In this document: in pieces, positions 40,595 through 53,383 of the stretch
Layout of the letters: each line of letters starts with the position of its first letter
Position numbering within the stretch: the stretch's first letter is position 1
The notes under the pieces: generated by a model
Database searches by the model: none
What the model saw: only the letters and a program-made list of their open reading frames with translations
What the model was told of the DNA's origin: nothing
Translations under genes and position numbers: made by a program
From: Lingula anatina
Taxonomy: Eukaryota; Animalia; Brachiopoda
Direction: 5' to 3'
Assembly (NCBI GenBank): GCA_051362555.1
Contig: CM120649.1
Location: 19,234,567 to 19,298,566 of the forward strand
DNA: 64,000 nucleotides

Positions 40595-43517
40595 TTTTTT
40601 GTGGGAAGGCTTGTTTTCATTTAGTGTTGGGTCATTTGTCTTTCCACGGACGAATGGAAAATTTGCGCGAGGGGAAACTTGAAATTTTGGAACCGTTCCC
40701 ATAAAAAGTGGATCCTTGCAAAATAAAGAACAAAAGTATAAACCGTTTAACGCACTCTTTACCTTATAGAATAATATTTTCTACCTAGAAGACAAGACCA
40801 ATAGATTTGAATTTTCATATAAATACACACTAGAAAATAAATAGAGATAATGGTCGGCATACAAAACCATAAAACATCTTTCTGACTGCCAATGCCACTT
40901 TCATTCATTCATCCACTCATTAATTCTTATACATTACTGTCCTTCCCTTTTTCTACTTTTTCATACCTTTATAACTGCTTTGCAGCACTAATTTCCTTTG
41001 CAATATGAATATTTCATAATTATTTTTGAATATCTTGTTGTTTGCACATTGCCTGGGAGTCATTGGCGAGAGCCTCATTGTGCCAAATTCTCAACCAAGG
41101 GCTCCTCTACTGCAATAGCCCTATCACTCCTCACATAGCGGAATGATTCCAATGTCGTAACGTTGGTCACACTGCCGGAGAAGCTGACACTAGCACTGAC
41201 AAACTGTTAAGACACAGAAGATCATCTATTGAGTTAAAATACTTCATGGCACGGGTCTCTAATGTGCAAATGAATCATTCAAAATGCTATGTCCAAAATC
41301 CAAAAATCGCTACCAATTCTTAAATATCAGTCGTTTTGAAAGAGATTCTTTGCCATCAATCTATTTCGAACGTCGTATTTTAAATTTTAACCCACAACGT
41401 TTAATCTTTTTGTTTAAGTTATATAAGTCATAAAAAGTCCCTTCTAGATGTTAAAGAATTGGACGATTTCTTAACAGCTAGAAGGCACTCTGGCAGAGAT
41501 TACAATTATATGATGACAGTCAGCCCCAAAACGCACTTTATCTTCACACCAAAAATCTCCACTGCACCTTAAACGACTGTCGGCGTTCCTGCAACAAAGA
41601 GGAGCGCGATTTTCCCACAGATGTTGGGTCTGGATATCGTTGTGGGAGACCTTGGATTTATAGGACATCTCGACCACACAATATTTCCGTCACCTCTTAC
41701 TACAAGAATAGGAAACATGTGCCAGAGGAAGTGTATATGAAAGCCACCGTTAAATACAACGTCAAAAACAACAAAAAACGCGTGCTCAAAGAATGTTAGT
41801 GAGGTCCTTTCATGAGAGATTATTGCTTCAATATCTGCTGATTGTTTTATGAAACCGTTGTCGTTTTGACGTGTTGAAAAAATGCGGAATTTGCGGCTCC
41901 TCTTTGCAAGACATGCCTACCTTAAAATACTAAACTATGTCACTGAATTTTGTCCACTGATGTTAAGACATTCAATCGAAGGCAAATAAATTATGACAAA
42001 AATATGTGCCTTGTAGTGATTCATTTTCTACAAAATCGAGCAGTGCAATGAAAGACAACGCCGCTATGAAAAATATTTTGGATAAAATAAAGAAACAAAC
42101 GATTTTTTATGTTTATAAATTTAAGTCACACCATACATGTGTGTTTGTTTTACTTGTACCAAAATATTTAGTCATTAAGCTTAATATAACTATAATTTTA
42201 TATCGTATTAAAATATTTCATACAATTAAAAAAAAATTCAGATTCTTATACTTAAATTCTTTAATTCCTGTGAGAAGTTGCACCGTTCAGGAAGGATGAT
42301 TTCACAAAGCATCTGGGCTGCAGCATGGATTACTGAGGCCTGCCACACCTATGAACAACTTTGTAACTCTCTGTCCTTCCGACATATTAACTCCAACATG
42401 CTGCACTAAAATATTTTAAAATCACATGCTCTGGACTTGCCTCATATAAAAAACAACATGCACTCTTTGTTGTTGAATTTTTGTAATTTTATTTACGGGA
42501 CGTCACGCCTCAACTTTGAAATGATGCGATATGTCTTTGTGAAAAAAACAGGAGATTTAAGTGACCACCAAGACCTCCGTTAACTGTCATGTCAGCGTCT
42601 TTACTGCACAGATAATAAACAAAGTCGTTACAACAAACATAGTGGGGTCTCTTATTTTTTCAATCATATATCCGATTATAATAAAAAAATAAATATATTG
42701 GTGAAAAAAAAGATAGATAAATGAGAGGTGTCAACTGAACTGAAGGAGGCACACAATATTATTGCCCCCAACATAAGGCCAGCATCCTAGCAGTATTAAA
42801 GGCAATGCAGGCGAATTTTAGGCATCTTTTTTACAGGTTCAGTAGCGGCGAAACGCTATTTTGGTACATAAATTCGCCTACTTATCCCTGAAAAAAACCC
42901 TCACACCTGTGACAAAGATTTCAAAAACATTGTGATATATATAAAAATTTATATATGAAAAAAAATTGAAAGTTGATTTTCTGTATTTCCGCCTCTTCCC
43001 TAGGTTAGGCCTACTGTTAATTGTATTTTTTCATGTGTGGCTCCACCGCCAGGATGACGATTTGGAATTTTTCTATATTAAAAACTAATAGAAACAAAAA
43101 CTTTACCATGTTGCATTCGTTAAATTGTGATAATTGAATAAAGCAGGACACTTGAATAGGACTGCGTGGCGTTAATGGGACATTGTGAGCATTTCATGTG
43201 CAGCCAAGTTGATCTTCAACATATTGAATGTTTCATCGGGAGTTTTTTTAAATACGATAATACAATGTGCAGATTTACCCATAGTAAACAGATATTGAAG
43301 AGACTACAGGGCTGTTTTTCTGCCCATTAAAGACCCCCCCGTAAAAACTGTTCATTTTTCTTGTTTTATTTCGGAAAGTATCTAAAAGTGGTTAATTTGT
43401 AAATTTTTTAAAGAAAACATAAAACTTATAAATGGGCTTCACCTCTGGAACATATAATAATTTCATTAAAAAATGTTCAGAATAGTTATGCATGATGTCA
43501 AAGGGAAATGAAGGGCG

Positions 43518-43520
<3 letters not shown>

Positions 43521-43557
<37 letters not shown>
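43521..43557. repeat. (CT)n microsatellite
   Basis: Direct reading. Confidence 0.95.
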
Positions 43558-43560
<3 letters not shown>

Positions 43561-44258
43561 ATGTAAAGTTTATTTACAGTTTTTTAACCTATGATTACTA
43601 AGGTTCAACTGTTCTCTTACAATAATGAAATATTTAAAGAACATATCCAACTATGGCCCTCCGTTTTCAAAACTAGTTCAGTCTTTTGCATTTTTTCAGT
43701 ACGTTTCTTATAACATGCTAGATTACACAATACATTGTTGAAAGACTTTTGCAAAATATCCAACTCAAAAACAGAACGTCTCTAAAAAAGCAAGGCTTCT
43801 TACCACTCTAGCTCTCTCAAACACACACACCTTGGGAAAGAAAAATGGCAATGCCCCTATTCCTCAAGAAAGTACAGAGAGTTATGCTTTCAGGAACATT
43901 TAAATACTGTTAATCGTCCCAATTGTAAATTGTTTAATACTATACTGTACAGAATATTATTTCGCATTGGTGGGAGCAACGGAGAAATAGATACATAATG
44001 GGCCCACAAATGAGAGTTCTGACTGAAGCGTGCAAGAATTTCAAACACATGTTCGGATTATAAATTATTTATTTTGGGTAAACACATGAACCAGTAGTGA
44101 AAACAAATGCGTTCAAATGCCTTCAGTGTTTGACGGGGATGCAGGATAGTGCTTTAAGACCAAAACGAAGTAGAGAAAAGCCAAGAAAACTTGAAGAAAC
44201 TTCGATTATGATTTTAAAATGATGCTCAGACAAAAAGGGCAAGGAGACGAGTCAAAAC

Positions 44259-44259
<1 letters not shown>

Positions 44260-44293
<34 letters not shown>
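44260..44293. repeat. (CA)n microsatellite
   Basis: Direct reading. Confidence 0.95.
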
Positions 44294-44294
<1 letters not shown>

Positions 44295-44678
44295 AGCAAC
44301 AGAAAATAAAAGTAAATATATAAAGATAAAATAGAATCGAACTGAAAAAAATCGAACGAGAGAAAAAGGCTTACAGCACTGAGCAGGACTGAGTAATCGC
44401 AAAAGTCTATGTATTCCCATTGAACCTGGCGATCGTCTCTTCATCAAACAGCAGGAACTTTTTAATATCCTGTAGTAGAAAAAAACTCATCCATTTTCTC
44501 TCACATACCTGTCAGGTACAGTGGCGGCAATGTTACTGAGAAGGATAAAAACCGCAGTGGATGTCACCTGAGAATTGATGGGGACATTTCATCATCTGCC
44601 CGGCTTCTGATTCCTGTCTTTTAACTAGAAATGTGCGTCCTCGGGAGTTTGTGTGAAGAAAATTTCTTTTTGAATGAC

Positions 44679-44760
44679 AGAGAGAGTAAGAGAGAGAGAG
44701 AGAAGTTGAGAGAGAGAGAGAGGGAGAGAGACAGAGAGATAGAGAAAGAGAGAGAGAGGA
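44679..44760. repeat. Imperfect (GA)n tract
   Basis: Direct reading. Confidence 0.9.
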
Positions 44761-46630
44761 ATGCAAGAGACGCAGCATTTCATTGGTAGATTGATGAAAT
44801 GTCAGTTGACTTTTAAAAACATTCATTTATAAAATGTACGATACCTTTGGTTAAAATTTTGGTGACATTTCGTGGGTCAACCCTTTTCCTTTACAACCCT
44901 TTAGTTTCATAACGAACCCAAACACAGCACAGAAAAACTCTAACAGAGTATGTTGTATAATTTACACAGGAAACGTGCCCTTGTCGTAGCGTTACTACCT
45001 CTACCGTAATTAAAACAACCCCCCAACACGCAAAAATTGCAACTGGCACACAACATTTCATAACTGACGTCCCGAGTTTGCGTCATTAATTAACGCAGAA
45101 AAAAGTCCCTTTGTTTCGAGGTAACAGCAAGAATTTATTCAGAGCTAAAGGCATGACGTGTGCGTTAAAAATATTCGACGTCCATTGATTGAAAATGAAG
45201 CCGAAATTGATGGTTACATATTTCCTTTGAAATCTATACATGTGTTGTAATAATCCTGGTTTATTTTGCCCTTTTCTACGCCTTTTATACCCTGTAATAA
45301 AAACCGAACAATGCGGTTTTGTGTAATTTGAAATTTAGAGAAAAAAATCAAACAATTGTTGCATAATTTGTGCCACACATGAACAGAGTTTCTTTGTCTG
45401 CACATCAAAAGAAATTAGCGTCAGAATATTTTTAGATAGATTTCACTAAAGAATGGGTCAACAAATACTTTGTTCGCGACACAAAAAATCATACAGAAAG
45501 TAGAAGAAATATTTTGATCCGAACGTGGAAGATAATAATAAAGTGAGTGTCTTTTGTTGTTGACGAGTTAAGATTAATTGTAGTTATGTTTTTAATCAAG
45601 AATTGTCTCAAAATAAGCGATCAGATTTACTGAATTTTAGAGATTTGTGATTTAATTAAAAATACATCTACAGTCGCTTTAGTTTAACAGAATGGTGAGC
45701 ACATGCAAACATGTATTGTAAAGACGGTTAATGCGTTCATCGAACGTTTCTTAAAAACAATTGCAGACCTTTCATCTCAAATCAACAATGTGAGCGAAAA
45801 ATGCTGCATTTTTAGGTGAGACACATCTTGAAATAAAGAATTCGATGAAAACGCCAGTAAATTCCAAGTACATCTTATGAACATGATTGTTTTTGTTTCT
45901 TATTCTCTTTTCTTTGAATTTTTCCTCTCTCCTCCTGGTATTACGTGTGTCTAATCATTTTGGAAAGTGTTAATTGGTTCGCTTTATAAAAGACGATATT
46001 ATTTCAGTTTTCTATGAGCTGGAAAATTTTACATAATTGGAAAGTTTAATTGTCCTGAGCTACCGGTTTGAAACCAATTTGTCACTTGTAAATATCAGTA
46101 TTACAATGCATATTTTCAATATGTGTTTGCCCTTAAAAAGTTATTTAATTTTCTATTTATTTGCCTCGCACGTCTTCGGTTTATCTACACTACGGTCACA
46201 CAAACACATTAGTTATATAATTTTTTTGTTTGTTTGTTTGTTTTCTTTACGCTTTTCTAACCCTTTTTCTCAATTTTCACACTGCATTAGAGATAAAACT
46301 TGAAAACAAATTGATGGAAGCTTAGGTTTCAGAATATTCTTTCATTTTTTTTCTCTTTTTTTTCGCTTATCTTTTCTACTTTATTATATTGTACTTTTTG
46401 AGTTTAGTAATATATGTTTATATACAAATTTGAAGGAGTATTTTTTAGGAAAAGAACATTAGTTTGATAATTTCAAAACATATTTTCTATTCTCTTATAT
46501 CTTATTCTATTATATTCTATAATATCTAGTGTTCTGGACTAAAGAGTATTTCTATAATGGTCTTATATCTGTAGAACAGTTTCCTAACATTTTCATGTCA
46601 TTTTTTGTAATTATTTCGTCACGAGTCAAT

Positions 46631-46865
46631 TTCCATCTTTATCTCCATTTTGACAGTGGCAAAAATAATCGAAATTGTAGAACTCAAAGACGGTTTTTTG
46701 GATCGCTATTCTATGAAGAGGTTCAAATATTTAATGCAAAATATTTTCCATCTTTATCTCTATTTTGACAGTGGCTAAAATAATCAAAATTGTAGAACTC
46801 AAAAACGGGTTTTTGGATCGCAATTCTATGAAGAGGTTCAGAAATTTATTGCAAAATATTTTCCA
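46631..46865. repeat. Tandem duplication, about 115-bp unit x2
   Basis: TTCCATCTTTATCTC..TTTTGACAGTGGC...CTATGAAGAGGTTCA...GCAAAATATT occurs at 46631 and again at 46746 with scattered substitutions. Confidence 0.9.
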
Positions 46866-48682
46866 CAGAAAATTTCTGCAAGCCTGAAAAATAAGATATT
46901 TGATAATTACCAGAACGTAAAAATAAACATCGTTCAAAAACATTGTATTGAAATGGATATTTGGAGTCCAAACTGGATAAAAACAGAATGAAAAACATGA
47001 ATATTTAATAATTCAGCATTCTAAGATATTTTATTCAGAAAGGAATATATAAATGCTAAGAACAAGACAGCGTTACTTTTGTCTGAAAACATGCAAAACT
47101 TCCATCTGGAAATATCCTGGATACGAGTTAGTGAGAACGCGAACGATTGCAAAATTAAAACATTTAAAACATTTATGCTCATTTTTGTTTAAAATAGATT
47201 TATACCTTAACATTCAGACATACACATGATTAAAGCAAAAGAAAATTTTACCAACATTGCATCAGGTTAGACATATCCAGGAGGCCTGTTATTGAGCTCC
47301 AAGGTAGTTTGAAAATGTATGCTACCCTAGCAATCAGATTAAACAACTTTAGATGCACATTTTCAGCATCATTCGTGCACCTGGCTCTCCATAAAAGTCT
47401 TCTTACGTAACTTATTTGTAACAGCACACCAGGGACGTAGGTGTGGTGTACAGCAAGAGTGAGGTTCAATTTCACGCCTTCATTGGAGATGGTTTTTGAC
47501 AATTTTGCGGTAAGGCCCTCACGCTGACGCCCACGCCTCCTCTCTGCTATCTCTCCACAGTATTGCCACAAGAAGTGTCACCAAACCTGCCTCCAATTGA
47601 CCCAGGTTAAACAGATATCATGGTGAATATGATTCTAGTCGATTTCTCCATTGGCAGAGGAGAGAAGAAGAGAAGTAACTTGAAACACGATGCGAAGATC
47701 CGAGGAAAATTACTAATGATTACATGTTTTCTGAGATAAAGACGGAATACAAGATGGCAGTTATGTTACACCAATTTTGTTGGCACATCTTTGAAAACGA
47801 GTAAGTATCCGCCTTAATTTTACCTTCGTTAATTTTGCTTTAGGTTTTTGAGTTCTAATGTATGTTTTGCAACATATGTCTACCGGATGAGGTCATTTAC
47901 GACCCCGTGGTATTATTAATGAAATACCAATATTTTAAGTAGTTATACAACAGAAGCCTTTTTTTTTTTGGTGAATCAATAAACTTTCATTTCTTGAGAG
48001 CTGCAATACTAATCTATACTTATACAGACATTTTAGAACATAAATTAGCTTAAAGACGAATTATTATGTACTTTTTCCAAATTACAAATTTCTTTCAAAC
48101 ACTAGATGTGACGATATATCTTAACAAAACTAGAACTGTGCATTCTATCGGACACTCTTAATTGATAACAACAGAAAACATGCTGAAATATTATGTAAAG
48201 ATGAAATTATTAAATAGATATGAAGCAGGAAGAGGAGAGTAGGTGCCATAGAGGGACTGTTTTTTTTTTTTTTTTTTTTTCCAAAATTAGCATTTTTACA
48301 ACCTTTTAAAATTTGAAAACAAAAATATCAGAAAAAGAAACAAAAAAAATGGTATTGTATTGTCTGTCAATGTTGTGTCACTGGTATGCTTTATTCTAGG
48401 ACAGACGCATATTTCAATGGAATCAGTCTCAGAATATGTTAGAACTTCTCACAGATTTAATAACTTTAAAAGCAGCGTTCATAGACAAACCAGTGTTCAC
48501 TGCAAATTGGAGAAACTGGCCATTGAGTATACCTCCTAGAAGAACCACAAATTGTTCCCTGATATTTACAGATTTGTGTCAGGGGAATTCTGTGCACCTT
48601 TCATATTTTGTATGGAATTAATGTCACCACTCATATGACCTCTGATATATAGTATTTACTTAGAGGGTTAGCCGCGATGACC

Positions 48683-48685
<3 letters not shown>

Positions 48686-48715
<30 letters not shown>
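48686..48715. repeat. Poly-T tract (30 nt)
   Basis: Direct reading. Confidence 0.95.
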
Positions 48716-48717
<2 letters not shown>

Positions 48718-50290
48718 CTTATAGACAGCAACATATTCGGATAGAATCTGACGAATCCCTCGCTCTATGATGCTGAGTGGCTGTTGGAGTGGGAAGCTTG
48801 CTTCAAAAAATATTGTGGGTTTCGTCCTCTTGCTGGGTGGACCGTACTCCAAACTTTTAAGTTGTGACAATCAGTTGCTCTCGTCAGAACAGGTTCAAAA
48901 TGTGACAAATTCATGAAGTTTCCTCGAAAATAATACATGATAATAATTGTACTAACATAAATGAGCCTCGGGTGGTAAACGACCCACCCAGTATTAACAG
49001 GGTTTATACAGGCAAACATAAAAATACTGGCGTCATTGAAAAGATAGAGAGGACTTCGAAAAAGTTGAGGAAAAATTTAGGATCCACTCTTCTGTTATAT
49101 TCTAGTATTCTATATTCTAGGTTCTAATATGATTTAAAAACTTTCCTTAGATCTACAATAGTCTCTGAAATACATATTCCAGTCATTTTCACTTAGAGTC
49201 AAAATGGCATCCTTCAAAAGGATGTTATGTTCTTAAACATTTGTACAAACTATCTGGAATCAAAAAGAGAGAATTATAAAGTAAAGTTTGTGTCTAGTTT
49301 CTGTTCTGTATCCAAATAACATGTAGTTTAGACAAACAGAGGCTGAGTAAGATAAATGTTTTTGGTCAGGTTGAATAATATTGTGCATTCGATGTAATAA
49401 AATATGGCGATCTATAACTTCATCTAAGTTTTAACATAAAGCAAGTGTGAGGTAACGTTCCTCATTAGAAAATACTCTTGTAATTTTTCTCTTGGAAATG
49501 CATTTATTCTCCATTTTTTTCTCGGCAACAGTTTTGCATTTTTAGTAGTGTAGTTTGCTATACTTATGACAAGTTTATGAACCAACGGATACATATTTTT
49601 ATCAAACGTGAGAAAGTCATGAATCAGTCCACGTTTATATGCCAACTTCATCAGCACTGGACAACACTATCCACTGGATAAAATTGTTATCCTATGGTCA
49701 GTTATCGTATAAACTAAGCAATGTTTCACAAATGTCGGGTACATTTTTGTCTCTGATATTGCTATCAAGTCGGGTTTTTTTCTTTCCTCAGGATAATTGT
49801 CGATAGGATTACTATTTTACCAAGAGATCAGTGTCATGAATAGGATACTCTGTTTATGAAACACGGCCTAGATGTTAGATTACTGTCCAACTCACAAATT
49901 CAAGGCAGCGAATAACGTTCATGCTGCTATGTAAAGGTACTCTTATTGGCGCGCGGTATATTTATTTTGTAAACTTTTACCTCCATGCCTGTATAATATA
50001 TCAGCTTTTTTTTCAAGAAGTCTTATCATTATAACGTTCATAATTAAACAAATAAAAAAATATAGCATCTACCAGTGCAAGTCACAGGCCAGGAGATTGG
50101 CTGTCATTATAAACCTAACTTCTGATTGGTTGCCTCTGAGATCACGTGAGACTATTGCCTGTACTCAACAAATCAAAGAATGCAAAAGACACCCAAAGAC
50201 AAGAAATTTATAATATATTATGTTAAGATATATTTAGCACAGCAACAGGAATACGAATTTCGATGGCATGTAGCTGACTTCAGGCGTCAT

Positions 50291-50330
50291 TATATATATA
50301 TATATACAGAGAGAGAGAGAGAGAGAGACA

Positions 50331-50371
<41 letters not shown>
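50291..50371. repeat. Compound (TA)n(GA)n plus poly-C (37 nt)
   Basis: Direct reading. Confidence 0.95.
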
Positions 50372-51344
50372 ACCGTTCCACCGGTAAGGGTTCCAATTAC
50401 ATGTCTTTTTCGACGCGGACTCAATCCTTTACGTTATCGACTGAAGTACTGGAATCATCCGCAGCCGTCATGCACTGGCGATGGCTGATTGTGCTGGTTG
50501 CGTCGAGATTGTGTCCGTCGCCGCTAACACATTCACCTAACTAATTTTACATTTTTCCTACTCATATTTTACAGTGTTTCACGTCAAGTATGGGATTAAT
50601 TTCAATACAATTTTAAATTATACTTCCTGGTATATATCAGGCTGACATCATTAACTGTTGTAACAATTGTTTTGATTCGAATACAAAGAACTCAGAAAAG
50701 ATGCGTACTATTGAATTTTATTTCGTTCCAACATTTCACTCTGTGATGATCTTCTATATGCAAGTGTATTCGTCTATCACACATACAAGGAGCAATCTTT
50801 GAACATTATATCCTGGGATATCCACGAGTCATCTGGTTTTGTCCTAGTTCGATTGTGCGTGAAAAGTGTCCTCCTTTCTTTCTTTGTTTCTTTCCTTCTG
50901 GTTCTTTCTTTCTTTATCTATTCGTGTCATTTTGTTTGTTTGTTTTTTCAAAATTGTGATAAGTGTGATAGGATATAGATGTGATAAGATGAGTGTGTGT
51001 GTGTGTTACATTGAGGTGGTCATTTTACTGTTTGATGACAGAAGGGGATCCACAGGTGTTGAAAGCATGTATGTGCAAGGTAGCTTTCCCTAGAAGACGT
51101 TTGACTTGGTCCCATAAAATATACACAATTGCATCACTTCGTCTGTTGCCGTGAAAGGGGCAAATAATTAAGGCAGACACCGATTCTGCCGTTTGCAGGA
51201 GAACACAAGGTGGTATTCATCAACATACCATATTACTACGTATATACCTTTAAGTTAAATAAGATGAAGCTGAATAATAAAAAATTTATTAAAACATCAA
51301 AGGCTTACAATACCTGCATCCAGGCATAGGTAAACCACACATAA

Positions 51345-52304
51345 GGCCACACTTTTTTATTTTTATGGATGACATCCTCTGGGTACCCCAAAATCGGTGC
51401 GAGAGGGCGAAAAAAAAAAACAGTCCAAAAAAAAAAAAAACTGCTTAAGTAAAGGAATGTTGTCAGTACACAGCTGGAAACACAAATTTAACCACAGAAA
51501 CACGTATCAAACTAACAATATGTCTTTATCCATGCTCTCAAAATATTAAAGCATTGTGAATACTTCGTAGAAATGTAAAAAAAGTCATGAATTGATATAC
51601 TTCATATTACCAAATCTATTTAAGGTTATTTCATGCATTCATTTGGTATAGCAATCAATAAAACAAATATCAATCAAACAGTGTGTCTTTATTTGTATTC
51701 TCAGAATATTAAAGCATTTTGAACACTTCACAGAAATGTTTAAAAAATGATGCAAAGATATGCTTAATACTACCAAATCTATTAAAGGTCATTTCGGACG
51801 ATGCCATTTTGTCAACTTCAACTCACACGAAGCAGCTAAACTGTCAGGTGGCCTGTCCGACCTTCAGCCCACCAAATCCCACAACGCCTTTGTCGACCCT
51901 TTTTTCGCTACAGAAAACCTGGTATTTATGTGCTGCTTTGTACAGAATGTCACAGAAATGTTTCGGCCGCCGCCAGCCTTTCGCACAATTGTAAAAAGGT
52001 GATATCTCCATGGCCAATATCAATGGCATACGATGGCACCCGTTCTCTTTATGACTTTTATTGTTTTGTAATTTGAAAGTAATCCTAGAGATGAATTTGA
52101 CAGCAAAGTGGCCGCATTTCCACGTGGCGAAAATACGCATGCGCAGAAAGCTCATTTCCTTGCAAATTCAATAACGACGTTTGCGACAACCGACTTCGTT
52201 GGGGGCTGGGGGGGGCTTTTTTTTTTTTTTTTTTTTTTTTTGGAGAACGGGCGAAAATCCGTGCGCGCGCAGGATGTCATCCATAAAATTAAAAAAGTGT
52301 GGCC
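51345..52304. mobile_element. 960-bp non-autonomous PIF/Harbinger-like DNA transposon
   Basis: TIRs of about 34 bp (GGCCACACTTTTTTATTTTTATGGATGACATCCT / AGGATGTCATCCATAAAATTAAAAAAGTGTGGCC), a TAA target duplication (51342-51344, 52305-52307) and an internal degenerate direct repeat (about 51521-51632 vs 51684-51795). No transposase ORF. Confidence 0.85.
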
Positions 52305-52419
52305 TAATTGACGTCTTACTATCTAATAAAGCTACTCATATGTCCCAATTAAGACACTAAAAGTGATAAAATGAGAAAGCTCCTTAAATAAACCTACCTG
52401 GTGTCGATATTCCTCCCAG

Positions 52420-52602
52420 GCCCCGGTTTCACAAAAAACTCAAGTCAGGTTGTCAGGTTCCCGGGCTAAGAATTTAATAACCAAGGTAACATGGTCACAT
52501 GGGCGCATCTTACCCTCTCAGAAGCAGTGTAACAGCACTCTCATGGAAATCCTAGTCAATAACGCCAGGGAACCGACTTAAGTTTTTTTGTGAAACTGTG
52601 GC
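52420..52602. mobile_element. 183-bp Harbinger/Tourist-like MITE with CAG TSD
   Basis: TIRs GCCCCGGTTTCACAAAAAACTCAAGTC / GACTTAAGTTTTTTTGTGAAACTGTGGC, with CAG on both flanks (52417-52419, 52603-52605). Confidence 0.75.
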
Positions 52603-53081
52603 CAGAAATTAAATGTCCGGAAGGCCTGCCATTTTATACTTCGTTAGAATTGGTATAAAATCCTTATGCAATGCCGGGTCGAGCAATGAGTAGAGGCGTT
52701 CGCTTTTTAAACCAAGCGTCAATTCTGCATGCTGATGGCTCGTGCTGTGCAGTACAGATAAGTGGATAGAATATTAGACAGTGGTTAATTTGTGAAAATT
52801 TTATATTATAGAATAATATTCTCTAATTCTATTCTATATAAAATCACTGTGAGGTTGTCTTGTGATTGCTTGATACTTCCAACCCAGTGGTATCAGCTAA
52901 ATTATTCAGATTTCTACTGGCAACTGATGTCAATAATACATATATAACATTCGTGATGTTAAGATAGAAATCTTAAGTCAAGGGGAAAATTCCGTCCATT
53001 TTCAAAGAAGTTCGACAAGGCAACGGGTTCGTGTGTAAGAGAGCAAAAACCAAATTTAAAGTTTCTGGCCATATCTTTGTC

Positions 53082-53169
53082 ATGATGGCAAAATTGATGA
53101 CGTGCGTGACTTGGTTGACTGGAGTGTGTTCAGGATTGTTGCTGGTCTATGTAGCAATGTACTGGAGAG
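53082..53169 (+). CDS. Carbohydrate sulfotransferase copy 1, exon 1 (cytoplasmic tail plus transmembrane anchor)
   Basis: MMAKLMTCVTWLTGVCSGLLLVYVAMYWR followed by the phase-1 donor AG|GTAATG. It splices in frame to 53384. Confidence 0.88.
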
Positions 53170-53233
53170 GTAATGTGTTTTATATTATAGACTGATTTCA
53201 TGTTTTATTAAATTTAATTCTGGACTCAGCTTG

Positions 53234-53237
<4 letters not shown>

Positions 53238-53281
<44 letters not shown>
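53238..53281. repeat. (CT)n in the intron of sulfotransferase copy 1
   Basis: About 44 nt in copy 1 versus about 13 nt at the paralogous intron site in copies 2-4. Confidence 0.95.
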
Positions 53282-53283
<2 letters not shown>

Positions 53284-53383
53284 ACAGATTTACATAGGAC
53301 AACCTAGTTTCCCGCACATCTTAGTACAATAACAGAATCAAGGACTGTCCAAAATATATATGACATCATATTAATGTTTTCAG

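Noticed and set aside
42796-42892. Possible Kolobok-like MITE (AGGCGAATTT / AAATTCGCCT inverted repeat after TTAA)
   Set aside because: Only a 10-bp clean inverted match and no matching right TSD.
47248-47571. 107-aa minus-strand ORF in a GC-richer patch
   Set aside because: No recognisable homology in any frame that I translated.
47880-49870. Isolated transposon-end-like strings (..CGACCC..GTATTAACAGGGTTTA at about 48980; GTTTATGAAACACGGCC at about 49852)
   Set aside because: No partner inverted end or TSD was found, so boundaries and family cannot be supported.
50180-50488. ORF with YIYIY/ERERE/poly-Pro (similarly the poly-K/F ORFs at 40276-40704)
   Set aside because: Translations of microsatellites and homopolymers.
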